From NCBI RefSeq assembly GCF_009914755.1, contig NC_060934.1: DNA of 64,000 bases; one strand, 5' to 3'. The first letter of the stretch is position 1; every line of letters begins with the position of its first letter. The stretch is from the human T2T-CHM13v2.0 reference genome, Homo sapiens. Of the stretch, positions 1 through 12,837 are shown in pieces. Below the pieces are notes generated by a model. It did not search any database, was not told the DNA's origin, and worked only from the letters and a program-made list of their open reading frames with translations. A program made the translations under genes and the position numbers.

Positions 1-599
1 CCTGCGTTGCTGGATAGTGCTAGCAAATGTCCTTCTACAGCCTCTTCTCCAGGCACCTAAAGTCAAAATTTCACCTCAGACTTCTCTTTTTACCTGCGGT
101 GAAGTAGTTAGGCTTTATCAGAACTTCCAAAGGAGAAGGAGGGCCGGTCTACTTCCCAGGGCCTCGCATACTATACATGTTTCTTAAATGTTGGAGTAGA
201 AGATGATTAACTGTTTTCCTGCCAATGAAGTCTGTTCTTCTGATACATTCTCCACTGTGACAGAATCACTGAATGCCCTTTAGGTAGAAGGCAGTGTGTT
301 AGGCATTGGGAACACAGGTGTTAAGGTGTGATTTGAGCCTTTAATGAACGTTGTGCTTCAGTAGAGGAGGTGAGAGGCAAAAGCCAGTGCCCACACATGA
401 GCAAAGGTGAGGCATGCCAGAAAGGAGGCTAGAGTGAAGTGCTGAGGACATTCAGGTGAGGCAAGGCTGTGCATTGAAGGAGGCACGAATTTGTACCCAT
501 GGCTATGAGGGGAAAAGACATGAGAGGCAGAGTGAACAGCATGAGTGAGGCATATGCGTAGAAACACTTCGGACATCTTTAGAGGGCAGTGACCAATCC

Positions 600-835
600 A
601 ACCAGATGGGAACATCATCAGTGGAAAATGAGAGATAAAGCAGAGAATGTGATGTTAGGCTGAATTTTAGAGGACTTTGCATGCTGGGCTAGGGGGTTGG
701 ACATTGTTCCCTAGACATTAGACATCTAGTAAAGGGTTTATAGCAGGGCATGGCATGGTTAGACCTGTGGTTTAAGAAGATGAATTCAGTAAGCTACAGA
801 ATGGACTAGAGGAGGAAGAGCCTAGCAGAGCCGGT
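600..835 (+). mobile_element. L2 LINE remnant (boundaries approximate)
   Basis: Degenerate L2-like words such as 'aagggtttatagcagggcatggcatggttagacctgtggttt' and 'agaatggactagaggagg'; similar sequence continues after the MLT1. Confidence 0.5.
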
Positions 836-954
836 GTGCATACCCCTGCTCACCTGGATTTCTCAAATGATGATGCTTCTTGGCTGTGTGAATGGATGTG
901 CAGAAACACATGTCTTAGGCAGAGGGAGCCAGGAAGCACTGGTGGTTTTGTTGG

Positions 955-1540
955 GTGTGGTGGGTACTGCTGTGTAACACATCATCCCAAACTTAGTTGC
1001 ATAGAACCTCTTCCTTATGGACTGCGTGGGTCAGGAGTTTGGACGGGGCACAGAGATGGTGGATGGCTTGTCTCTGTCTGACAATGTCTGGGAGCCTCAG
1101 CTGGAAGAATTCAAATGACAGGTGACTCAGCTGGCTGAGGACTGGAGTCATCTGGAGGTGCCCTCGCTAGCACATCTGACAGGTGGGAAGTGTTACCAGA
1201 AAACTGGGCTCATCTGGAGCTGGTGACTGAAGCACATGCAAGCCTCTCCTGTGCGTTGGGCTGCCATTGGCACGGCTGCTGGGTTTGAGAGAGGCGAGCT
1301 TCTGTAGGGGGGAGCCTTCTAGTAGAACCAGGAGAAAGCTGTACAGTCTTTTCAGCCTAGCCTCAAAAGTTGAACAGTGCCACTTCTGCCACATCCTTTT
1401 GGTGACAAGAGTCCTAAGAGCCAGCCCAGATTCAAGAGGAGAGGATTGGACTCCCACTGTCATTGGGGATGGCAGGGTCACGTTGCAAAAGAGCATGTGG
1501 GACGGGAATAATTTCCGGAGCCATCTTTGAAACACACAGT
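955..1540 (-). mobile_element. MLT1-family (ERVL-MaLR) solo LTR, probably MLT1F/G/H-like
   Basis: MLT1 hallmarks in reverse orientation: 'tgctgtgtaacacatcatcccaaacttagt', 'cacttctgccacatccttttggtgac', 'ccagcccagattcaagagg', 'aagagcatgtgggacggg...gccatctttg'. Confidence 0.8.
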
Positions 1541-1559
1541 AGGCCACAGTGGAGGTTGG

Positions 1560-1960
1560 CAGCCGATGGCAGCAAAGATGACTAATTCAGTTAACACTTG
1601 CTGAGTTTGAGGTGCGCATAGGATTTTGAAGGTGAAAAGGGTGTAGTAACTGAAGATAGAGGACTTTACACACCAGCCTAGAGACATTGAAGACTTTTAA
1701 GAAAGGAGATAAAAGCAGAGATAGTGGCCAGAGATAAGCGTAACTGCTGCAGGCATCTCGACATTTAGAAGAGCAGGATGAGGAACCCAAGAAGGGGAGG
1801 GACAGACTGAGGAGAATATGAGCCACAGTGGCTAGATGAATGAAGAGCGTGAAGACAGGAGTGTCAGTATATGGTCTTTAAAAGAGGTTTCAGTGGCTGG
1901 TGGAAGCAGAAGCCAGATGGCAATTGCTTAAGGATTAACGAGGTAGAGAGAAGGCAGAAG
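1560..1960 (+). mobile_element. L2 LINE remnant (boundaries approximate)
   Basis: Purine-rich degenerate L2-like sequence, e.g. 'gtttcagtggctggtggaagcagaagccagatggcaat'. Confidence 0.45.
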
Positions 1961-1967
1961 GCATGAG

Positions 1968-2494
1968 AGGTATATCCAAAGGAGAAGAAATCACCCTACC
2001 AAAAATATACATGCCCTCATATGTTCATCACAGCACTGTTCACAATAGCAAAGACACGGAGTCAACCCAGGTGCCCATCAGTGCCAGGTTGGATAAAGAA
2101 AATGTGTTGTACCATGGAATACTTCGTTGCCATAAAAAAAAGCATGAAATCATATCCTTTGTAGCAACGTGGATGAGTTGGAGGCCATTATCCTAAGTGA
2201 ACTCATGGAGAAACAGAAAACCAAATACCACATGTTGTCACTTGAAAGTCGGAGCTGAACACTGGGTACTCATGGACATGAAGATGGAAACCATAGACAC
2301 CAGGAACTCCAAAGAGTTGGGAGGAAGGGAAGGGGACAGACATCAAAACCTAGTTACTGGGTACTATGCTCAGCACCTGGGTGATGGGATCATTTCACAC
2401 CCCAAACCTCAGCATCACGCAATATACCCAGGTTACAAACCTGCACATGTAATCCCTGAATCTAAAATGAAATTTGGGGAAAAAAAAAAAAAAA
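1968..2494 (+). mobile_element. LINE-1 3' end fragment (old L1PA15/16 or L1PB-like) with poly(A) tail
   Basis: 'atgttcatcacagcactgttcacaatagcaaagac', 'gggtactatgctcagcacctgggtgatgggatc', 'caaacctgcacatgtaatccctgaatctaaaat', then an A-run at ~2480-2494. Confidence 0.9.
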
Positions 2495-2869
2495 GTAGGC
2501 CTAGGGAGCACCTTGAACGCTATGAAGGGAAACAAGGCGGTAGAAGAAGTAATCGTGGAAGACTTAGGAAAAGAGAGGATTTTTGTATATGTTTGTATTT
2601 AAAAGAATAAATGGTAGTTTTTTCCTCCCAGATTGAAGGACTTATTTTTGACCTTCAGAAAATATGAAGTACATCATGTCTGAATCTGGATATGCTGCTT
2701 TTATGTACTTCTTTCCCTCCTCCCAATTAATAAAAAATCAAATGAATTTCTATTTTCTACTGTTTAATAGTTGGAAAGGATTTTATAGGTTAGAATACTC
2801 AGACATTTTAACAGACTCACTTGAGAGGACATTGAAAGATTGATTTTTAATTTGGAAATGTACATATTG

Positions 2870-3200
2870 AAATTATAGCATTATATATAATCTTGAAAAA
2901 TTAGAGGCAGCCTAAATATCCAGCAATAAGAGAATAGGTAAAGATATTATGATATATCTACATAATAGAATACTTCATAGCCATTTAAGATTGTAGTGAT
3001 AAGGAAAAAGGCTAATAATTACTGATTATTTTCTATTCTCTAGCACTGGGGTGGGACGGAAGTGATCTAATGGAATTCCACAAGAGTTTTAAGAGGGTTA
3101 GGTCATACTGTCATCAATGTTTAGGTGAAAATTGATACCTAAGTTAAAAATCATATGTGCATATGTAAACAACTTTTTAATAAAAATACAGGCTAGAAAT
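2870..3200 (+). mobile_element. Ancient L1M fragment
   Basis: 'gcagcctaaatatccagcaataagagaataggtaaag...cataatagaatacttcatagccatt' resembles the degenerate L1M ORF2-end/3' region. Confidence 0.5.
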
Positions 3201-4688
3201 AAACAACCGATGGTTAAATTAGAAGAAAATGTACAGACTTATTCTTCCGTTTTTTAAAAACATGTAATCATTGTATTGAATATCATTCTTTTATAATCCA
3301 TAGTTAATGTGTTCAAGATCATGTGTAGACTTAAATATCAATTATGAGTTACCTTCTGAAATTCCTTTTGAATAGGATGATTTCAAGAAAAAAAGACATA
3401 AAGCAGTAAGCCTATGGTATGAATGTTTGATTCTCCTTTTTTGTCTAATCAGCTTCCTAACATAACATGTTAGGGCACAGCTGCTCCTCCCAGTCCCCGA
3501 CAAACACCAAATTCAGGTTCCATCATTTTAATAAGTGGGCGTTGAGTCAACTGAGTAGAAGACATTAAGTGAAATCGCTGGTCTTCCAGGACAGGGGAGG
3601 TAAGGCTGTTCTCCCTGGGGAACCGTTCAGCAAAGGAATGAAATTTTTTGTGAGAAACATGGCCTCTTTTACAGAAGTTAATCAGCCTGTTCTGGGCTTG
3701 AGAAAATACTGACCTCCATGCCTAGGACCTGAAAGAGATGAGGCCTTGAGTACATGGCACATCCCTTCAAGAAAGTTCATGTGCTTTGCCTTTTCTTTCA
3801 ATGCCTTTCCTCATTTTTTAAAGACAGGGTAAACTAGATTTGTGAGGAAATACTACGTTGCAGCCTTCTGCAGTCAAACGAGCATGTTCTCTGCTGATTG
3901 ACAGCAATACAAGGAAAGGTTACATCGAAGATGGAGGCGAACCCGAATTTTTTTCCCCTACCAGCCTAGTAGTTTCTGAACTCATTTTGTGAAATGAAAC
4001 TAGTAGAAAAATTTAACCCACAGAAAAATGGGGAAAGGCAAGCAATAAAATTACCATGAATGACTAAACATGAACTTACCACTGTCAAAATCTTCTCCAA
4101 GTTAAAAACATGACTCTCAATCAAATACAGAATGAACGATTCTCACAGATGTAACTCGTTCATGAGGAAACCAGTAAGACGGTAACGTTGGCTTAAAGTG
4201 CATTTGCAGAACCAGGTATTTACAGGCATTTAGAAAAGCAGAATAAAATTTCTCAGTTATATATAATACTGATCAATATCCTAGAACGTAATAAAACCAT
4301 AACCATTGGGATGATCATTTCAACTAGACATACATCTAGAATTTAATCTGTTAACTTCTAATCCAAGGCCAAAGAGCAAAATCAGAGATAGATCCTTCTT
4401 CTGAGAGAATGAAATAATCCCCATACAGGCCTCTGAAGGGCCCCAGTATGACAATGGAAGGGCACAGTCTACCACTGCCACCTTACCTTATTCATAGGTG
4501 TTACTTATTCTTAACATCACACAGTGTTTGCTTCTCCCCCTCAACTTTTAAACACGTTTTAAGAAATGTAATACAACTTTCAGCTTCCTTTATTAGAATA
4601 ATGATGGTGATCAAAACACAAACAAGAGGTTGTTGGCGGACACCACTTTATCCTTGATCTCAGGCCTTGGTCCCCTTATTCCAGGCAC

Positions 4689-5127
4689 TGTAGGGGAGAA
4701 AACATTTTCACCCATTGCAAGGTTCATAGCTGAGACCCTCATAACAAAAGATTAAGAAAAGAAAAGCAGATAGATTTATTTAACGTTACGTGGGCGCCTT
4801 CATAAGGAAATGAAGAGCTGAAGAAACAGGGAGAACTGTGTTTTTAACAGTCATGCAGAAATATGATTGGAGGAAAGAAGGGTATGATCTTATGGTTTTG
4901 AACTAAGGAGACTTAACAAGGCTTGTTTGTTCAAATTCTTCTCTGTAGTCCCTGTTTCTTCAGAGATAAGGATGTTCCTCTTCTCTGGGTATAGACAAGG
5001 CCAGAAAATTCTTTCCAGGTTTTGTGAATTGCTTCAGGGAAGAAGGTGAGAGTGGCCCTCTTGCCTGTGCTGTTTTCACAAATGCCAAGATGCCACAGTT
5101 TGGGATAGCATGGCCTGAACCCCATCA
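4689..5127 (-). mobile_element. ERV1 solo LTR, MER39/MER34 family
   Basis: Begins TG (4689) and ends CA (5127). The minus strand starts TGATGGGGTTCAGG...ATGCTATCCCAAA...GGCATCTTGGCATTTG, as recalled for MER39. Near 4-bp TSD: gcac / gcat. Confidence 0.75.
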
Positions 5128-8100
5128 GCATTCTAGACTGCTAAACGAACACTCAGTCCACAGCTGAGTGAATCCATCCAGACATAGGAGACAGATATCT
5201 TACTTTATCACCTCTAAATTTGCAGCTCAACTTTTCTTTGCACTTGTCTGTTGGGAGATGCCTTTCCTGGCGTTTCAGATGCTGTCCAGTGCAATTCCGT
5301 CCATTCCACTGTGTAATAATAGGAGGCTGTACGTCTTGATTGGCATCAGTCTTAATTTCTTACTCTGTCAGGGACTTAGCATGCTGATAGATGCAAAGTG
5401 ATGCAGTTACTTGTAATTGTCTCCTCTAGCTTTTTTGCATCTGCTGTTAAGTTGAGTTCTACAGAAGAAGAAGTTCATGCTGCTCTCAATCATTTGTGGG
5501 ACATTTGGTCTGTTCCCTCTTGAGATGGTGTTTATTGGGCCACAGTTTGGGAATTAATGTGAAAATTCCAGTGGACTATTCCCAGGATTGGGGCTTAGTC
5601 TTGAAAGTCCTAACACCCAACATTATTTTAGCTACACCTCAGGGTATTTCTGTCTTCACAAAGGGTATTGTGAAATTTAAACTAATAAAAATTTTAATTT
5701 ATTTATGTAAGTCAATCTGTGGCATGCAAACTAGGGATGTGGAGAAGGATGGAAAAGAGGAGGAAGAAGAGTAAGATTACCTAATCAAATCAATAGCCCT
5801 ATGCATATCCCAGCTCCGTAATTGTAGCAAATCACTACCTTCAAGTCATCAAATTGAGTGTCATAGTGAAACTGTTCCTATATGTCAAGCAAAGCTTTAA
5901 ACAAACTTGATATACTAATAATCTACAACTATAAAATAGTTCAGCAATTTTGATTCATCAGGGAGCAGTTTTTTTTTACATGCCTTGTCCAGGCCCTTTT
6001 TTCAACTGAATCAGCCAGTCAATTCCGTTAACATGGTCCAAATTGTCTATGTAATCTCAGCTTACCACTTATTTCTTAATCTCTGTTTTACAGTTAGAAC
6101 TCCAGAATGACTGACTAATAAGGTCAACCTGTGATATAATTATGATGGCTTCAGATTGTATCTCTACCACTCAGAAGAAATTAACTCTTCTAAGGTTGAG
6201 TCAGTGTTTTCCATCATTGTCATGGACAATTAGTAGCCACTTAACAATTGGTTACAGTTCATTTCTGCTAATGGTATTACAGATGAGATCAGACCAACCA
6301 CACAACAGTCGATATGAGTTCTCGGAGATTCAATGTCCACATGGTACTGGAAGCCATTCCATTTTTCAGGCCAGTTTATAAAGCCACTTTCTGTGTATTG
6401 CAGTGCTGTATTTGCCCTGGTGTTTATGAAACATGTCTTTGTGGCAAATTAACTTGCTGGCGACCTAGCTGCGTAACTGAATTGAATTGCAGAACATTAA
6501 CTTTACGCTAAGTACACAACAGTGACAAGAACTGTGTGTTATTTTAGAGCCATAAGAATCTGCTGTTTTTCTAAAATGCCATCATTTGTAAGCATGGCGT
6601 TGGAAGAAAAGTTTGTCCAAATTAGCCGTGGTTATAGAGGTTCTGGTTACTAGGATATGCAGTCCACTTGTGGGCAAAGAGCTGCATTGTTTTTTTTGAA
6701 ACTACCTTGTCTGTCTCTTCTTCCTCATTCTTATTATAATGAACTTGGGAATGTTTAGTAAATCAGGTGACTTGAAATGGTTGAATGTTTTCCAACCTTC
6801 TCATACTGAAGTGGTCGACAATAAAGCTTCCATAGCAACCAGCTTTTTCCTGACAACAATTTCTTTGGAAGGGGAAAAAAAGCAAAAGGGAAGTGAGAGC
6901 TGTGTCTATATGTTAAATACATCGGCTGATTTATTTTTAAAGGTAGAAAAGAGTGTTTTAAGCACTCTGGGAAAAAGACTGCCCATCATGTGTCCATCCA
7001 TGTTAGAGTGTCCGTCATTTGGTTTCTGAATCTTCACGAGGAAGAATATGTCCCTGACATACAAAATACCTTAGCCATCGAATGAACACATATGAGACTG
7101 CTTGGTGTAATCCCCTCAGTAGGGGACATTGACAAGAACTCTAGTGCAAAACCTTGAAGGATACACTGCACTTGTTTTAATTGAATATCATTTTCTACAT
7201 TAATTAATGTGTCCATTCTAATTTCCCAAAATGGCAAATAATGATGTGTGAAAACAGTATAATTACATTTTTATATTTTTGGTAGAGTAATAACTGGATT
7301 CGATTTGCTTTTGATCTTGAAGGTTGTTTATCATTCCTGTCAATCATTCATCCCTTTTAATTATATTTATGTCATTTTTGGTTTTTATTTTTAATGAGGC
7401 ACCCAGATCAGCACTGGCCTTGATGCGTGGCCCCCGTGATACTTTGCGTAGGGGGTTTACAAAGCGAAGTTTCTTCCTATGATTGTTAACCAGATGCTTT
7501 GAGATTCTCTTTTTCTGAGAGAAGCATGCACATGTAACACACATCAGCAGGCTACTAAGCAGAGTTTGTGACTTCATTAGAATGAGCATCCTTGCATTTG
7601 GGTGGAAGTAGTGTGGTAGCTGGCGGTTGTGTGCGGCATCATCCCACAATGTGTCATTTGGGTAAATGTGACTGAGGACCGTGGCAGAGTCCCATCCGTG
7701 ACTGTATGTAGCCGTCTCAGTGCCCCGGCATTCGGCATGTTTTCTGCAGTAGCTCGTGAGTTTACCTGGAGCTAAGATGAAGCTAAGAGATGTTTTTAAA
7801 TCCACGACCTGCAGGGGGAGGGCAGCTGAGGTTTAACAGGCATATAAGCTTGCATATCTTTTGCCCACATTTTTAACTGTAACAATGAGTTGTCACTGGG
7901 AAACAGCATCTCAGCTTGGGAAAAGGCCTGTTGCCTTTCAACTTGAAAGAGGTTGTGGTAGAATTTTTGTTTCGCAACCAGAAAAAGAGAGTGATGGAGG
8001 CAGGCACGCAGTGCTCCCCACTAGGAGAAGCTGGCGTTGGCATTCATCATCATGACAGGAGACGCTTCGAAATGAAATTCTCACAAATTATGAGGCCAAC

Positions 8101-11100
8101 ACTTAGAATCGGGAAGAAAGTGATGAAACCATTTGTGAAACTCCCTTGTGAAAAAGGATGCATTTATTTTAGCTGATTTTTTAAGGAAAACTATATTTAA
8201 AAAAAAAATATCCTTAGAATTTACAGTGTAACATTTTGCCATATGTATTGAACATTATCATGAAAGTATGTCTGGACACCTACCTCGCATCCATAGGTAT
8301 TAACAGCTCCTTCTACCTCCTCCTGCCTTTGTACTGATACCCGATTTTGCAAAAACAAACAAGTAGCCTCATGTTGACCTGCATTTATTTGAAGCGCATT
8401 ATGCACCAATGCAGAGGAAATGCATTTACTTCTACCTCTGAACAACTAAAGCTTAAATAATGCATTTCAGCAAGGTAATCTATTAGAAGAGCTCTCTTGA
8501 GAAGTGCTATGTTATGAATGGATTCTGCATTTAAAATATCCATTTTGTTGCCTCCCTCCTGCTAATTACTTCTTTCTTTGTCTTACCTCTAATTTGCATT
8601 ACTTGAGAAGAACAGAGGGAAGGGAGTCCGTCGTTTTCCCCTTCACGAATCCTTACACTTAGTGGCAACTGTAGTGTTGACTTAAGCTCATTTCTGTAGA
8701 AGGGAAACTGCATTGCCAAGGAAAAGATAATCGCTAATCACTAAATCTAATTACAAAGAAGAGTAAATCACTAAAAACAAATTAAGTATCTTAAATAAAA
8801 ATGGAAAATAAAAGCAGTTAAGAATCAAGGAAACTGCTGCAATCTCTCAAGTCTGTTGCACGGAGCTAACTGAGAGCAGCCTGTGTTGGGTTGTATGGCC
8901 AGACTGGGCATGGGCAAAGCTTTTCTCCATGGAATCCCTCTTCAAAGAGTTTGACCGAAATGACAAAACCAAACCAAACAAAAACCTTGGCTCAGAAGCA
9001 ATTCTGAGTATCTTTTGGTTGTAACTTAGGAAGCAACAAGTCACTCTCTCTGTGTAGCCCTGCAGACCTGCTTACTTGTCCTCTATCTACCAGGATGATG
9101 GAGGTTACTTTCAAATCACTGTAGCCCGAATTTAAATGAACTGGAAACTAATGAGAATTCTATACTTGACCTTAATCTGACGAGGTCTGACAGAAGCTTC
9201 TTTCTAACCCACTCCTCCTCCTCCTTTCCTTCCTTCCTTTCTATATTACTAGTTCCTTATGTCTTTAAATGTATGCCAGTCTAATGGGAGTTAAAAACAA
9301 TAGGAAACGAAGAGTTTTTATCCCTGATTCAGAAAATGTGGCTGGAGGAGTAGTGCTCTTCCTCACAAAATTCTCCTGATCATGTTTTCCCTGGGCAATT
9401 TCCAAATCTTTTTTTAGTTAATGCAATTTAGTGATGTATAGTATTTCCCATAAGTATCCCAACAAAAGTAGAGCTGCCCATCACATTTGTTTTCCTGGTA
9501 TGTTTGTAGTAAAAAATTAAGATAACATAGGAGAGGTATTTCATTGAACCATTAACGTTAAAAACTTGCCTTTAAAAATATTTATATGTCTTTCCTTTGC
9601 GTAGTTATTCATAAAATGTTTCCATTTGCTTTTCAAGCACTTTGTCCAGTCTTCTTAGGTATGAAGAAAAGTCAGAAGATTGAAAAGTAAATTTCTGAGT
9701 TGGGAGGATTTAGGAGAAGAGATATGCATGAGAGATGGAAATGCAGTCTGGGAAAATAAAATACCCAATGATAGGACCTTTCGATGCTATCTCTGCCTCG
9801 AGCCACTTGGGTTATAATAAGGTTGTGGTCTACCCTGACTCTGGGACCAGGGAATTGAGTGCTCCGGTTCAATAGTGGGTAGCTTGGCACCATCACTAAC
9901 TATCTTTGACCTTATACTTCTGAAAACCAAGTTTTTGTCTCTATTCTTTGTCACCAAGTGCCCATGTATAGCATATTCTGTTCTTGCCTTTTTGGTTTTA
10001 GGATCCTCCTGGGTACCTGGGTTTCTACGGGGTTTTCCTCACACTGTACTCAACCTGGTAGGGACATCCCCAAATGGTGGATGGTGGATCTCTCTGGTCA
10101 ACCAACCTTTGTCACCATCATCACCCCCGATCAGGGACTTCCCAGATGGGCTGGAGCTGGATCTCTCCTCCAGGTCTGGCCTTCTGGGGTTTAACCCATG
10201 CGGCCACTGACCACATGACACCTCATGCATGGAGTCAGGGAGCACTGGATGCCACCCTGCAGGGACTGTGTTCCAGTCAAAGCCACACTAACAGTGAGCA
10301 CTCACCACAGGCTGTGAGGCCTCATCACTGAACCAGGGCTGTCCCTGGGTACTCACCAGAAAAGCAAATTCAGGATGATGTGAGAAAGAAAGTCACGTGG
10401 CTAGTGAAGGTTGAGCATGTTGTGTGTGTGAAGGATGAGGTGTGTTTCGTATGCCCATATTTTGGATTGGATGGACCAAGTGAAGGACAGTCTTAGGACG
10501 GGGACAAAGAGTCTGAGGAGTGGGACGTTCTGTGCTGTGAGCAGCAACGGGCACCTAGCAGCCCTCGCCTTGTCTTCCTGCGAAGGTTCAGGAGCCAGTG
10601 TGTTCTTTCCTCTGGTTCAGCAGAGAGCAGTAGACCCTGTCTCCAAGCCGTGGCAAGTGTCTAATTCTCCCTCCTGCTTAGCTCCATTTGCCCTTAGGTC
10701 AGGCACATTGACGTGAGCTCAAACCCCCATGTACTGCAGAGGGATAACAGTTCTTCAGCCTTGAAAAAGGAATCACAGAGGAAAGGGCAGTTAGGGAAGA
10801 AATGAGGGAAAAAATGGATGAGGAAGAGGGCCCAAAAAGAGATAACAGACACTGAAATCATCACATATTCCTTTAGAAAGGCACAGTGAGCACGCTCATT
10901 TTTTTTCCATTTTAGACAAATAATGCATGATAAGTATAAATGTGTCATGAGCACACTGTTTTCTCTGTAGAAATAACAAAGGCCCTGGATACAGTAGAAT
11001 GTCTGGCCTTACTTTTCTGTAAACTGCGGCCACTTTGTCCTTTATCTGTGTGGTTAATTTCTATGAACTGCTGGACAGCTGATTTGACCGAGGCTTCTTG

Positions 11101-12152
11101 GCTCTGCACCGGGTGATAATTCTACCTGGGCAGCAGGCCACGCGTGAGAGCAGCTTCCCCGAACCTCTCTCATCCCCTCAGTTTGGGCACAGTCCAGCAG
11201 GAGAATATTTAAAACTGGGTTTGGTTTAAAATGCAGATAACAGACAGAAATGCAGATAAGCTTTGCCATAAGAAACGCACAGATGACTTCAGATAAAAGT
11301 TTCGCCAGAGAATGAATTAGGACCGTCGTCCTGGGGGCCATGAGACAACCCTTTGCCCCACACAGCGTCCCATCTTTCAGGACCAGCAAAATACGTGAAT
11401 CAGTTGGAAGGAACTATTTGAAAAACCAAGGGATACATGAAATGTGATTTTATGAGGAAACGAATGTACTCTTAGAATACCTACACCTTTTTTTAATACC
11501 ACTGTGTTGCATGGGCTGTTCTGCTCTTCAGTAAAAATGATTAATAGCCCCCATCCATCACATTGTACAGTGTGGTACATCTGAGTAGCAGAGAGCTTAT
11601 AACATATACTTGGCAATAAGTCACAAAAACATTCGTATTTTTTAATAACATTTTTGAAGGAGAAAAATCTGTTTTTCAATAAATTCTGGCGTGGTTTCCC
11701 TCCAGATTTTATTTCTCATTTAAAATGACCTTGGGGTCGATTCTTTTCTTCTTCTGTTCGTTGGCTCTTTACGAGGTCTTTGCCTTAAACAGATACATTT
11801 TAGAGATGGATTAAAAAGGGGACTAGCTCATGAGCATAGAATTCCCGATTTCCTTCTGTTTCCACTTCTGATGAGTTGTGGCAGCATTAACACCAATGTA
11901 ACTTAATTTTACAGAAATTTTTGTAGTCGGTGCTACTCATAATCAGGTAAAATTATTCTTCAACACATTTCTTTGTTACCGTAATATATTTGGCTTTTCT
12001 TTGTGGACTATTTTATTTCTATACATTATTGTGTAAATTGCAGAATCTTTCTTGTAAAGTGGTAGGTTGCCACTATTTTTATTGGTAAAACTCTGAATTT
12101 ATTATACATTACATAGTTACCCCTATTATTGGAAACTCCTTGTTTCTACATT

Positions 12153-12198
12153 AAAACAACAACAACAACAACAAAAAAAAAAAAAAACAGAAAAAACA
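12153..12198 (+). repeat. (CAA)n / A-rich simple repeat
   Basis: aaaacaacaacaacaacaacaaaaaaaaaaaaaaacagaaaaaac directly upstream of an Alu. Confidence 0.9.
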
Positions 12199-12204
12199 GC
12201 TTAA

Positions 12205-12529
12205 GCTGGGCGTGGTGGCTCATGCCCATAATCCCAGCACTTTGGGAGGCTCAGATGGGCAGATCACCTGAGGTCAGGCGTTTGAGATCAGCCTAGCCAA
12301 CATGGCGAAACCCCGTCCCTACTAAAAAATACAAAAAATAGCCGGGCATGGTGGTGGGCTCCTCTGAAATTCCAGTTGCCCAGGAGGCTGAGGCAGAAGA
12401 ATCACTTGGACCCAGGAGGCAGAGGTTGCAGTGAGCGTAGATGGCGCCACTGCACTCCAGCCTGGGTGACAGAGCGAGACTCTGTCTCAAAATAAATAAA
12501 TAAATAAAATAAATAAATAAATAAATAAA
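12205..12529 (+). mobile_element. AluS (Sx/Sz-like) with (AAAT)n tail
   Basis: Full dimer: 'gctgggcgtggtggctcatgcc...gatcacctgaggtcagg...tactaaaaaatacaaaaaatagccggg...gacagagcgagactctgtctc' followed by (AAAT)n. Confidence 0.95.
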
Positions 12530-12646
12530 GTTTATAATTCATAGTCACCCAAGGCCAACAAGTTGATGATGTGGAATGTCAGCTAAGGGTGATGCTAATT
12601 GTAGAAAATCCTCTTGGCCCTTTTCCATTCCTAGGAATTCCACATA

Positions 12647-12720
12647 CTTTTTAATTTTTAAATTTTTACTCCAGTAGTTTTTGGGGTACAGGTTGTTTTG
12701 GTTACATGGATAAGTCCTTA
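12647..12720 (-). mobile_element. Very short L1PB/L1MA 3'-terminal fragment
   Basis: T-rich tail then 'tagtttttggggtacaggttgttttggttacatggataagt', matching the recalled reverse-complement L1PB 3' terminus. Confidence 0.7.
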
Positions 12721-12799
12721 ACATGCGTTATTCATAGGTGAGAGGACACCTTCATTCAGGACCACATGTGAGTTCCTAATAAATATGAATGGAACTCAC

Positions 12800-12837
12800 T
12801 TTCATTTCCTAGAGGGTATACCCTCTAGGAAATGAAA
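12800..12837. repeat. Perfect 38-bp palindrome with no spacer
   Basis: TTTCATTTCCTAGAGGGTA|TACCCTCTAGGAAATGAAA; the 19-bp arms are exact reverse complements. Confidence 0.98.
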
